Source: Deltaproteobacteria bacterium
GTDB taxonomy: Bacteria > Myxococcota_A > UBA9160 > PR03
DNA length: 64,000 nt
Assembly (NCBI GenBank): GCA_031362725.1
Contig: JANLTC010000233.1
Span: forward strand, 12,308 to 76,307
Direction: 5' to 3'
Shown here piece by piece: positions 16,574-25,968 of this stretch. The translations under genes were made by a program, and so were the position numbers. The notes under the pieces are model-generated. The model did not search any database. It had not been told where the DNA came from and was given only the letters and a program-made list of their open reading frames with translations. Position 1 is the first letter of the stretch; each line of letters opens with the position of its first letter.

Positions 16574-19267
16574 ATGTCCCTCGCACGAACCGTCCGCATC
16601 CTCGGGATCGGCGCGCTTGCAGCCTTCGCTGGCGGGAATGCTGCGCTCGCGCAGGGGCCGAACCACCCGGTGCTGACCGAGGTCTACCGCGATCCGCCGG
16701 GCGTGAACGACGGCCCGGTCGGGCGCCTGCCTGGCAACGCGCACCAGGAATACATCGAGATCTACCTGCCGCCGCTCGCGGCGCTCGCCCCGACACTGAA
16801 CAAGGACGCCATCCAGCTCACCTTCTACGAGGTGGAGGGCGACTCGTCGAGCACCGGGCTCGGCCTCGTCGAGTACCGCATCGATCTTCCCAGCTTCGAT
16901 CTCGATCCGAGCAACGGGCTCACGGGCCTCCCGCGACCGGCGAGCGGCGTAGTCGTGCTCGGCTGGGTGAACTACACGGGCAGTCCGCCGACGGCGCTTG
17001 CCGGTACGCCGGCAACGCGTGTCGGCCTCGTCAACGGAGGCATCACGTCCGCCGTGGGCTTCACGTTCATCGCGGTGAACGGCGCGCAGTTCGGCGGAAC
17101 CACCAACTTCCCGGTGCCAGCGGCCGTATCGGGCATCAACCTCACGTCGCTCGATCCGACCGAAGGCTTCATGGACAACGGCTCGGCGGTGTTGCTGCTC
17201 GTGAACCGCTCCGCCGCGGGCTACGTGCAGCGCTTTGCCTTCGACGATCCCGCGCACCAGCCGCCCAATCCGAACGCGGTCGTCTCGCTTCCTAGTGGAA
17301 CCGTGCTCGGCGTCGCGAGCCTGCTCGACGGTGTGGCCGGCAACGACGACAGCAACTTCGACGTGTTGAAGCAGCCGTACCAGACGCCCACCGGCAAGAA
17401 CATCGATCTCGAGACGGTGCTGCCGAAGAACGGCGCCTTCTCGCTGCGCGCGGCGCAGGTGGATGAAGCGAACGAGAACGGCTACGCGCGCCTGCTGGTC
17501 GACATCGCCAAGACCACCGAGGACGCCAACGCGGGCAACGACGATCCAGTCGACGACGCGCTCTTCGCGTACCGCACGATCGCGAACACCGGGCCGCTGC
17601 GCGCGACGCCCGGCCGCGCGCCCTTCTCGACGAGCGCACCGGAGCTGGCGGTCGGCGACGCCAGCCTGCAGATCTTCGACGTGCTCTCCAACACGACCGG
17701 GCGTCCCGGCCTCGTTGCGGCGAATGCCGGAGGCGACTTCGCGATGCAGGCGACGGCGACGGCCGGCGCGTCGAGCGCGCCCGCGCTGATGACCTTCGGA
17801 CCCGGCGACGCGAGCATCACTTCGCTCGGTCAGAGCCCCGTGGTTCCCAGTGTCGCAGCGACCGTAGCCGCCGGTGCCGCGCCCGCGTCGCTCGTCACGG
17901 CGCCCGTCGCGTTGCATGCGGTCACGATCGGCGGTCCGCCCACCGTGAACCCGAACGCGTCGGTGACCGCGACGTTCCGCGTGCTCGATCCGACGACGGG
18001 GCTCACCAGCGGGGGCCTCCCGTTCCAGGCGACGAGTCTCGTCGCGGTGCAGGGCATCCGGCCGAGTGCCGCGGCGAACGAGTTGCTCGCGACGAGCTTC
18101 GGCGCCTTCGTGACCGCGGGTCTCGCCGGCGGCCTTGTGAAGGAGGCGCTCGGCAACGCGACCGCGCTGACGAGCCCCGCAACGAATCTCGCCAGTCCCC
18201 CCGTGGTGGACGCGCTCGACGTCGAGATGCCCGCGCTGCCCGCGCTGTTCATCCAGGTGCTCTCGCCGGCCGGTCTCGAGAGTCTGGTCACGACGGTGCT
18301 GACGTCGGCGGAGGTGGTCGCCGGGACCGGAACGTACGACGCGAGTCTGAACGCGGCGTCCACGGCAGTCGCGGCGATCGAGATCCCGATCGCGGAGACA
18401 CGCACCAGCGGCGGAATCTTCGTTCCGACAGAGCGCGTCCACTACGCGGACGCCGGAGGACTACCCGGCGCGCCGACGAGCGGCCTCACCAACACCAACA
18501 CGAATCGCGGCTTCGAACTCGCGCTCATCGACTCGCAGGTACAGTCGGCCGGTACGCTCGAGAGTGGCGCCACCGATGACTTCGGCCTGATCGTCGAGAT
18601 CGGCCAGACGGAGCCCGGTGCGACGGTCGTGCCCGGTCAGTTCGTCTTCCTCAGCATGATGGGCGGACTCGAAGGCGCAGACGTCGACAGCCTCGACGTA
18701 CCGCCGTTCGGCTCGCAGGACAACATCGTGTACGTCGATCTCGAGCCCTTCCACGCGGTGCTCGGCGCGAAGACCGTGAACCGACTCTTCGTCGTGGACG
18801 GCAGCGGCACCGGCACCGTGGACGTGATCGGCGCCTTCTCGCTCAACGCGTTGCCCTGCGCCAACGGCATCGACGACGACGGGGACGGCGCGACCGATTT
18901 TGGCTCGGACATCGGATGCGCGAGCGCAGACGATCGCAGCGAGCTGCCGGACTGCGGCGATGGTCTCGACAACGACGGCGACGGCGCCATCGACGGGGGA
19001 AGCGATGTCGCCTGCCTCGATGCGATGAAGCCGCGCGAGAATCCGCAGTGCCAGGACGGCATCGGCAACGACGCCGATGGCCTGACCGACTGGGATGGCG
19101 GCGCCTCGGCGGGCGTTCCGCTGGCGCAGCAGACCCAGCCCGATCCCGAGTGCGTCGGCCCGGCGCTGGATCGCGAGGCTCCCGCGTCGGGCTGTGGACT
19201 CGGTGCCGGGCTCGTGGCGGTGATCCCGCTGCTGTCGGCACTGCGGAGGCGCGCGTTGCGCCGGTAG
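16574..19267 (+). CDS. Large secreted protein: lamin-tail-like N-domain, Cys-rich DxDGDG repeats, MYXO-CTERM-like tail
   Basis: AGGAGGA RBS precedes ATG 16574. Signal peptide ILGIGALAAFAGGNAALAQG. PVLTEVYRDPPG...HQEYIEIYLP resembles a lamin tail domain. Three repeats of C..G(I/L)D(N/D)DGDG..D. The tail is SGCGLGAGLVAVIPLLSALRRRALRR. Confidence 0.8.
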   Translation: MSLARTVRILGIGALAAFAGGNAALAQGPNHPVLTEVYRDPPGVNDGPVGRLPGNAHQEYIEIYLPPLAALAPTLNKDAIQLTFYEVEGDSSSTGLGLVEYRIDLPSFDLDPSNGLTGLPRPASGVVVLGWVNYTGSPPTALAGTPATRVGLVNGGITSAVGFTFIAVNGAQFGGTTNFPVPAAVSGINLTSLDPTEGFMDNGSAVLLLVNRSAAGYVQRFAFDDPAHQPPNPNAVVSLPSGTVLGVASLLDGVAGNDDSNFDVLKQPYQTPTGKNIDLETVLPKNGAFSLRAAQVDEANENGYARLLVDIAKTTEDANAGNDDPVDDALFAYRTIANTGPLRATPGRAPFSTSAPELAVGDASLQIFDVLSNTTGRPGLVAANAGGDFAMQATATAGASSAPALMTFGPGDASITSLGQSPVVPSVAATVAAGAAPASLVTAPVALHAVTIGGPPTVNPNASVTATFRVLDPTTGLTSGGLPFQATSLVAVQGIRPSAAANELLATSFGAFVTAGLAGGLVKEALGNATALTSPATNLASPPVVDALDVEMPALPALFIQVLSPAGLESLVTTVLTSAEVVAGTGTYDASLNAASTAVAAIEIPIAETRTSGGIFVPTERVHYADAGGLPGAPTSGLTNTNTNRGFELALIDSQVQSAGTLESGATDDFGLIVEIGQTEPGATVVPGQFVFLSMMGGLEGADVDSLDVPPFGSQDNIVYVDLEPFHAVLGAKTVNRLFVVDGSGTGTVDVIGAFSLNALPCANGIDDDGDGATDFGSDIGCASADDRSELPDCGDGLDNDGDGAIDGGSDVACLDAMKPRENPQCQDGIGNDADGLTDWDGGASAGVPLAQQTQPDPECVGPALDREAPASGCGLGAGLVAVIPLLSALRRRALRR

Positions 19268-19289
19268 CGCGCGCCGCGCCTCGTCCCGA

Positions 19290-21587
19290 TCAGAGTCGCG
19301 CAGCCGGCAACTCGATGCGGAACGCGGTGCCGGTCGGTCCGGTGTAGGCGACCGCGACGGTACCGCCGTGCGACTCGATGATCTTCTTCACGGTGGCGAG
19401 TCCGAGGCCGGTGCCGTCCGGGCGCGTCGTGAAGAACAGATCGAAGACGCGATCCCGCACGCCGTCGGGAATCCCGGGGCCGGTGTCGGCGACTTCGAGA
19501 ATCGCGCGGCGATCTTCCCGACGCACGGCGAGGCGCAGCGTGCCGTCCGGCTTCCCGATCAGCCGCAGCGCGTTGCCGCCCAGTTCGAGGAGCACTTCTT
19601 CGAGCAGGTTCGGATCGCAGTCGGTGGCGACCTCCGCATTCGGCACTTCGACGACCACCGCGATGCCGAGATCCCGCGCATGGGGTTCGAGCGTCGCGGC
19701 GACGGCGCGCGCCAGTTCGCAGAGGTCCACGCGTTCGAGGCGCGGCACGTTCGGGCGCGAGAAGTCGAGCAGCGAGCGGATGCGTTGCTCGAGGCGGTCG
19801 GCCTCGTTGAGAACACCGAAGAGCGTCTCTGCGAGCGGGCCGGCGCCGGCCTGGCGGTGCGCGAGCTGCGCGGCGGCGCGAATGCCCGCGAGTGGATTGC
19901 GGATGCCGTGCGCGACCGATCCCGCGAACTCGCCGACTGCCGCGAGCCGCGCGCTGCGCAGCAGCGCCTCTTGCGCTTCGCGCAGATCAGAGAGCGCCCG
20001 CGCGTTCTGCAGCGCGAGGGCGGCCTGCGCGGCGAGACCACGCACCAACTCGCGCTCGGCCTCCGAGAACGGCGCACCGGAGCGCTTCGGTCCGCAGGCC
20101 AACATGCCGAGTTTCGCGCCGCGAAAGCGCACCGGTTCCGCGAGCGCGGCCGCGGCGCCGTCGCCCGCGCCGAGCCGCAACTCCGCCCAATCGAGCGCGA
20201 GCGCTTCGCGCACGCGCTCGCCGAGAAACGCGCCAATGGCAGCCGCGTCGGTGAGCGTTGCAAACTCGGTGCTGGTGTCCTCGAGCACCAGCGCGACGTC
20301 GAGATGCGAGCGAAAGAATGCCCGGTCGATGCCCACCTGGACGCGCCGCCGCAGCGGATCGAACGACACCGCGATCGCGACGAGCAACGCAAAGGTGACG
20401 CCCGGATTGCCCGCGGCCCCCGGATGGACGAGCTGCTCGAGCGCGAACGCCGACCCGGCATAAACGAGGACGACCGCCGCCGTCGCGATCGCATAGCCGA
20501 GCGTCAGGCGCACAAAGCGCTCGGCGCCGAGTAGATCGTGTCGCACGATCGCGTAGAGAACCGACGCCGGGAAGAACAAGAAGAAGACGCCGAGCCAGTT
20601 CCACGAGAACGACCAGCCGAGCAGCGAGAACGCGAAGATGCCGATCGACGGCAGCAGCACCGCGACCAGCGAGCCGGAGAACACGACGGCGGCCTGCATG
20701 CGCCGTTCGGGCTCGCGCGCGCGCACGACCGCTTGCGTGAAGCTCGCGAGCATCGCGAGCCCGATCGCCGCGAGCACCACGTAGAAGCCGAGACTGATCT
20801 CGTCGGCGGCGCGCGGTCGGGCATAGAAGACGATCGACGACACGCAGCCCGCCGCGAAGAGCGCGATCGTGAGGACGGCGATCAGCGATCTGCGCAGCCG
20901 CGGGCGCAGTCGCTCGATCGGGAACACCAGCGCGAAATACGCAAGCGCGGCCGGCGCGAGCGCCTCGACGAAGCGCGTCACCGGCACGAGGCGATACGCG
21001 GTGAGGTAGTCGACCGAGAGCGCGAGCAGCGCGCCCATCGCGGTCGTCACCAGCGCGAGCGCGCGCGCGTCGCGCGAATCGGGACGCAGCCAGAGCGCGA
21101 TCAAGCCGATCGCGAAGAACGCCGCCGCGGCCACCAGATAGTTGCCGAAGGTGAGCGCCCAGTCGCCGCGCGAGAGGCGCATCGTCGGGACGTCGTAGGA
21201 GCGCACACCATCCGTTGTCTCGACCTCGTAGCGGACGCTGGCGGGCGGCAGCCGCTCGGCCGTGTGCGCGAACAGCGCGGGGCCGCCGGCGAAGGGTTGC
21301 CCGTCGACGGCGACGACGACGCCACCGTTCAGCGGCAGCCCGGCGGCGGGGCCCGTCCAGCCGGGGGCGTTGAAGGCGACGAGGGCGCCGTTGTCCCAGA
21401 CGAGGAAACCCGGGAATGGGCGACCGACGAGCGCGAGACTTCCCGCCAGCACCAGCGCGAGTAGCCCCACCGACGCCACCGCCACCGCAACTGCCAGCCG
21501 CGAGCGCACGAAACGTCCCGGCGGCGCGACATCCGGGCGCTCGCCGCGCGACGAGACGACGGCGGGCGCGGGCGGGGATTCGGTCAC
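19290..21587 (-). CDS. Membrane sensor histidine kinase
   Basis: About 8 N-terminal transmembrane helices. H-box FAGSVAHGIRNPLAGI, N-box LELGGNALRL, G-boxes DTGPGIP and GTGLGLA. Start set at GTG 21587 to avoid overlapping lnt. The ORF-track ATG at 21746 would overlap lnt by 138 nt. Confidence 0.8.
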   Translation of the reverse strand: MTESPPAPAVVSSRGERPDVAPPGRFVRSRLAVAVAVASVGLLALVLAGSLALVGRPFPGFLVWDNGALVAFNAPGWTGPAAGLPLNGGVVVAVDGQPFAGGPALFAHTAERLPPASVRYEVETTDGVRSYDVPTMRLSRGDWALTFGNYLVAAAAFFAIGLIALWLRPDSRDARALALVTTAMGALLALSVDYLTAYRLVPVTRFVEALAPAALAYFALVFPIERLRPRLRRSLIAVLTIALFAAGCVSSIVFYARPRAADEISLGFYVVLAAIGLAMLASFTQAVVRAREPERRMQAAVVFSGSLVAVLLPSIGIFAFSLLGWSFSWNWLGVFFLFFPASVLYAIVRHDLLGAERFVRLTLGYAIATAAVVLVYAGSAFALEQLVHPGAAGNPGVTFALLVAIAVSFDPLRRRVQVGIDRAFFRSHLDVALVLEDTSTEFATLTDAAAIGAFLGERVREALALDWAELRLGAGDGAAAALAEPVRFRGAKLGMLACGPKRSGAPFSEAERELVRGLAAQAALALQNARALSDLREAQEALLRSARLAAVGEFAGSVAHGIRNPLAGIRAAAQLAHRQAGAGPLAETLFGVLNEADRLEQRIRSLLDFSRPNVPRLERVDLCELARAVAATLEPHARDLGIAVVVEVPNAEVATDCDPNLLEEVLLELGGNALRLIGKPDGTLRLAVRREDRRAILEVADTGPGIPDGVRDRVFDLFFTTRPDGTGLGLATVKKIIESHGGTVAVAYTGPTGTAFRIELPAARL

Positions 21588-21608
21588 TGGCCGTACATTG
21601 TCGCCATC

Positions 21609-23063
21609 GTGCGAACGCCGCAACTTCGCAGCCAGAATCGGCGCGCATCGCTGCTCGCCATCTCGAGTGGCGTGCTCTACGCGCTCGCGATGCCGCCGCT
21701 CGCCGCCTGGCCGCTGGCGTTCTGCTGCCTGGTGCCGTTGCTGCACGCGCTGCGCGGACGCGGCGTACGCGCGCGGATCGCCTGCGGCGCGATCGCGGGC
21801 GCCGTTGCGGGATGGGGCACCTCACTGGTGCCGACCGCCGTTGGCCTCGCGAGCTTCTTCGATCGGCCGCTCGCCTTTGGAGTCGCGGCGGCGATCGCGA
21901 TCAACGGATCGGTCGGCGGCGCGGCATTCGCGCTATTCGCCGCGCTCGCCGGCGATCCCGTGCGCGGCCGCGCGTCGCTCGCGCCCTGGCGCGTCGGTGC
22001 GGCGTTCGCGGTCTGCGAGATCGCGCGCTCGCAGCTCTTCACCGGGCTGCCGTGGTTGCTGCTCGCGCACGCACTCGCACCCGTGCCGGCGCTCGCGCAG
22101 CTCGCCGCGTGGATCGGTGTAGTCGGCGTCGGCCTCGCGCTCGCGGTGGCAAACGGTGCCGTTGCGCTGCTGGCACGGCGCGATGCACGCGGCGCAGCCG
22201 CGCTGTGTCTCGCGCCGCTCGCGCTCGCGTTCGCGAGCGCCGATCGCTTCGCACCCGCGGTCGCGATCGGCGATCCGGGATCGATCGCGCGCGCGGAGCC
22301 GGGTGCCGCTGCGCGCGCCGGCGCGATTCGTGTCGCGCTCGTCCAAGCCGGAACACGGGCCGATTCGCTGCGCGATGCCACGGGTGTCGCGGCGCGAATC
22401 GATCGACTCGTCGCGGTGACGCGCAGCGCGTTGCCAGCGGATCTGGTCGTGTGGCCGGAGAACGCGATCAGCGTTGCGCTGCCCGCCAACGAGTCGCTGG
22501 TGCGCGACGCCGTTGCGACGCTCGCGCCCCGCCCTGCACTGCTGTTCGGCGCGCCCGCCTATGACCCGGCGTCGCCGACGCGCATCTTCAACTCGGTACT
22601 GCTCTGGGACGCGAACGGCGTCGCGCTCGGTCGCAGCGACAAGACGCAGCTGTTGCCATTCACCGAGTTCGTGCCGCGCTTCTTTGCGGCGTTCGGCGTG
22701 CGCGGCGGACACACGGCAGCGGGAGCGTCGATCGCACCGCTGCCGTGGCGCGACACCAAGCTCGGGATCCTGATCTGCTACGAGCTGCTGTTCCCGGATC
22801 TTTCGCGCGCGCTGATCCGGCAAGGCGCCGACGTGCTCGTAAATCCCTCGAACGACGCGTGGTTCGAGGACAGCGCGGGCCCTGCGCAGATGGCAGCGGC
22901 GGCGGTGCTGCGCGCGATCGCGACGCGACGACCGCTGCTGCGCGCGACGCCGACCGGCATCACCGTGGCGATCGACGCGCGCGGTCGCGTGGTCGGGCAG
23001 CTGGCGCGCGGGACTTCGGGCGCGCTGGTCGTCGATGTGTGGCCTTCGAGTGGGGATCCCTGA
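21609..23063 (+). CDS. lnt: Apolipoprotein N-acyltransferase
   Basis: N-terminal multi-transmembrane region. C-terminal CN-hydrolase domain with VVWPENA and catalytic-Cys context LGILICYELLFPD. Confidence 0.85.
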   Translation: MRTPQLRSQNRRASLLAISSGVLYALAMPPLAAWPLAFCCLVPLLHALRGRGVRARIACGAIAGAVAGWGTSLVPTAVGLASFFDRPLAFGVAAAIAINGSVGGAAFALFAALAGDPVRGRASLAPWRVGAAFAVCEIARSQLFTGLPWLLLAHALAPVPALAQLAAWIGVVGVGLALAVANGAVALLARRDARGAAALCLAPLALAFASADRFAPAVAIGDPGSIARAEPGAAARAGAIRVALVQAGTRADSLRDATGVAARIDRLVAVTRSALPADLVVWPENAISVALPANESLVRDAVATLAPRPALLFGAPAYDPASPTRIFNSVLLWDANGVALGRSDKTQLLPFTEFVPRFFAAFGVRGGHTAAGASIAPLPWRDTKLGILICYELLFPDLSRALIRQGADVLVNPSNDAWFEDSAGPAQMAAAAVLRAIATRRPLLRATPTGITVAIDARGRVVGQLARGTSGALVVDVWPSSGDP

Positions 23064-23107
23064 AGCGGACGCCGAAGCGCAACCGCGTTGGCCTCGCGGA
23101 TGCCGCC

Positions 23108-23123
23108 CCCCGCAGCCGCGGGG
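23108..23123 (+). terminator. Weak terminator-like hairpin after lnt
   Basis: CCCCGC-agcc-GCGGGG stem-loop 45 nt after the lnt stop. There is no U-tract. Confidence 0.25.
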
Positions 23124-23242
23124 TCGCCTGAACGAGCGGTAGTCACCCGCCCTCGTCTCGTCTAACATCGGCCGACTCGAGCGCAGCCGTCCCGTCGTCG
23201 ATTCCGCGCGAGGGCTCCGCCGCCAGCCGCGGAGAACTGACC

Positions 23243-25948
23243 TTGCGCCCCACTTCTTGCCCCTGTCACCCCTGCCGTTCCCTTCTGGTGCTGCACGCCT
23301 CCCTCTTGGTTGGCGCGTTGGTCGCGGCCGCCTGGGCGCCGAGAGCGCTGGCGCACGACGCGACCTTTCCGCTGGCTGGCGACTCGATCCTGATCCAAAC
23401 GGACCAGGGCGACGGCACCGAGGTCTTCCAGTTCGAGGCAGCCGGCGAGGAGGTGCCGCTACTCGATCACGATCCGCGCCAGGACGGCACCTCGATTTTC
23501 GTCCGCGGACTCGGCGCCAAAGCCGGTCGCAGCGCGCTCGCGACGCTCGACCGCAACTTCTGGTCGGCCAGTAACAACGGCGGCTACGTGTACGACGATC
23601 CCAGTGGCTCGCGCGGCGGGATCACGCACGTGACGATGGAAAGGGAGCTGCTCAGCATCCAGGGCGCCGGAGCGCATTGGGGTTGGAAGCCGGACGGCTC
23701 GCAGGACGAAGTCTGGGTGCAGATGCGCATCGCCGACACCTCGTTCTGTTCGCAGTTTCCTGCCGCCACCGCGACGTCGAATGCGGCTGGACACTTCCAG
23801 GCGTCGGGCGCCGCTGCACCGGCCGGATGTCCCGAGCAGGTCTGCGGCGACGGCGTGCCGCAGATGCCCGAGACCTGCGATGACGGCAACCTCGCCACCG
23901 GCGACGGCTGCGAAATCAGCTGCGAGACCGGCCCGTGCAATGCGCAGAGCTTCACGTCCACCTTCGAGGCGATCCAGACCGTCGTGTTCGAAGGCGCCTA
24001 TGGCTGCACCGACAGCACCTGTCATGATTCCGTGTCACCGAAGAACGATCTCGAGCTGACCCACGGGGTGGCGTACGAGGAACTGCTCGGCCCGCCCCCT
24101 GGAAACGGCCATCCGTCGGACGACTACTCGTTCCTGAACTTGATCCAGCCCGGCGAGCCGGAGTTCAGCTACCTGTTCATCAAGCTCGCGGCGAAGACCT
24201 ATCCCAACTCGCAGTTCACGGTGGATCCCGGCACCGGGATGCCGAGCGGCGGCAAGGTCGCGATCTCGCAGGAGCACCTCGAAGCGGTGCGCAAGTGGAT
24301 CCGCGGCGGCGCGCCGCGCGAGGGCGTCGTCCCCGGCACCCAGGAACTGCTCGGCACCTGCCTGCCGCCGCCGACGCCGCTGAAGATCCCGGTGCCCGAT
24401 CCGCCCGGACCCAACGTCGGCGTGCAGCTCGTGCAAACGCCCTGGGAACTCCCGCCGACCACGCCGGAGGCGAGCGGCGAGGGCGAGATCTGCATGAGCA
24501 CCTACTTCGACGTCTCTGCGCTGGTGCCGGAGTGGGCGAAGGTGCCGTGCCCCGAGGAGTTTCAGGTCCGGCGTTCCTGCTCGAACGCGCCGACCACCGC
24601 GTGCAGCTCCGACACCGAATGCCCGGACGGCACCTGCACCGGCTCGCTGAAGAACTTCAACAACCCGAGCGGCGAGTGCTTCCGCTATCACAAGCAGACG
24701 CTGCTGCAGGATCCGCAGTCTCACCACAGCATCATCCACCTCTACACCGGTGGGTACGGCTTGGACGATGAGGGCTGGGGCGAGTGGACGACCAAGCTCG
24801 AGCCGACCGATCCTGGCTACGCACTCGAGAACGGCGCGGCTTGCGACCCGTCCCTGGTCGACCCGGCGCTTGGATTCAATCCCGGTTGCAGCAGCGCGGT
24901 GGTCTCCTCGGTCGCGTGCAGCGCCTACGGGCCGCCCGATGCGAGCCAGTTCTCGCTCACCGGCCAAGGCAGCAACCTGCCCACTTTCAGCGGGTCGCAG
25001 GAGCCGTACTACCAGCAGATCCTGGCCGACGGCGTCTACGCGGTCGCGCCGTTGCGCGGCGTGGTGGTCTGGAACTCGCACGCCTTCAATCTCACGCAGT
25101 CGGAAACGACGATGGCGCAGTTCCTGAATCTCGAGTTCGCCCAGCCCGCGGATCAGATCTATCCGCTCCAGGGCATCTTCGAAGCGCGCTGGATCTTCGC
25201 GCAAGATGTGCCCGCGTTCGGGACACAGGAGATCTGCGCGACGCACACCATCGAGCAGGGCGCGCGACTCTTCGAACTCTCCTCGCATACCCACCTGCGT
25301 GGGGTGCGCTGGCGCACCTGGGCACCGCCCAACACGCCGTGTCAGCCGGGCTGCCCGACGCCATACCAGGCGAACCCGATCTTCAGACTGTGTCAGCCGG
25401 ATCCGGATCTGCCGATCTGCAACGGTCCACCGCCGCCGCCGCGTGCGCCGCTCTACTTCAGCAGCGACTACTCCGATCCGCTGCAACTCGGCTTCGATCT
25501 GCCGCTCGCATACGACGACCCGGATGTCGCGAGCCGCACGTTTCTCTTCTGCTCGCGCTACGACAACGGCTCGGGTCCGGGCTCTCCGCCGGTGAAGCGG
25601 CGCTCGCAAGCTCCGCTCCCGCCCGCCACCGCGGGCTATTCGGGGGCGATCCTCAACGCGGTCGGCGTCGGCGGCCCGTGTCCGAAGAAGGTCACGAGCT
25701 GCATGGATGGGCCGAACAAGGGCCTCGTTTGCGGCACCAACACGACATTGAACCACGCCTTCTGCGGCGATCCCGCGCTCGAGCTGTGCGATGCGTGCCC
25801 GATGCGCGGCGGCGTCACGACCTCGGACGAGATGATGATCCTGCTCGGGAGCTACTTCGTCCCAGCGCCCGAGCCAGGTGCAGCGTGGCTCGGCGGTGCC
25901 GCGATCGCCGCTCTCGCGCTCCAGAGCTCGCGTCGCAGACGACCATGA
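23243..25948 (+). CDS. Large secreted Cys-rich PEP-CTERM protein with a Myxococcus-type Cys repeat and a PSCyt-like domain
   Basis: Signal LLVLHASLLVGALVAAAWAPRALA. CGDGVPQMPETCDDGNLATGDGCEISC repeat. The segment FEAIQTVVFEGAYGCTDSTCHD...LIQPGEPEFSYLFIKL...EHLEAVRKWIRGGAP resembles planctomycete-type cytochrome-c-like domains. The tail is VPAPEPGAAWLGGAAIAALALQSSRRRRP. Start is TTG 23243, or GTG 23288. Confidence 0.8.
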   Translation: MRPTSCPCHPCRSLLVLHASLLVGALVAAAWAPRALAHDATFPLAGDSILIQTDQGDGTEVFQFEAAGEEVPLLDHDPRQDGTSIFVRGLGAKAGRSALATLDRNFWSASNNGGYVYDDPSGSRGGITHVTMERELLSIQGAGAHWGWKPDGSQDEVWVQMRIADTSFCSQFPAATATSNAAGHFQASGAAAPAGCPEQVCGDGVPQMPETCDDGNLATGDGCEISCETGPCNAQSFTSTFEAIQTVVFEGAYGCTDSTCHDSVSPKNDLELTHGVAYEELLGPPPGNGHPSDDYSFLNLIQPGEPEFSYLFIKLAAKTYPNSQFTVDPGTGMPSGGKVAISQEHLEAVRKWIRGGAPREGVVPGTQELLGTCLPPPTPLKIPVPDPPGPNVGVQLVQTPWELPPTTPEASGEGEICMSTYFDVSALVPEWAKVPCPEEFQVRRSCSNAPTTACSSDTECPDGTCTGSLKNFNNPSGECFRYHKQTLLQDPQSHHSIIHLYTGGYGLDDEGWGEWTTKLEPTDPGYALENGAACDPSLVDPALGFNPGCSSAVVSSVACSAYGPPDASQFSLTGQGSNLPTFSGSQEPYYQQILADGVYAVAPLRGVVVWNSHAFNLTQSETTMAQFLNLEFAQPADQIYPLQGIFEARWIFAQDVPAFGTQEICATHTIEQGARLFELSSHTHLRGVRWRTWAPPNTPCQPGCPTPYQANPIFRLCQPDPDLPICNGPPPPPRAPLYFSSDYSDPLQLGFDLPLAYDDPDVASRTFLFCSRYDNGSGPGSPPVKRRSQAPLPPATAGYSGAILNAVGVGGPCPKKVTSCMDGPNKGLVCGTNTTLNHAFCGDPALELCDACPMRGGVTTSDEMMILLGSYFVPAPEPGAAWLGGAAIAALALQSSRRRRP

Positions 25949-25968
25949 GCGATCACGCGTGAAGTCGG

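Noticed and set aside
21587-21746. Longer histidine-kinase start at ATG 21746
   Set aside because: It would overlap the divergent lnt coding region by 138 nt and add an Arg/Glu-rich N-terminus. The in-frame GTG at 21587, just before the first transmembrane helix, is more plausible, though the start remains uncertain.
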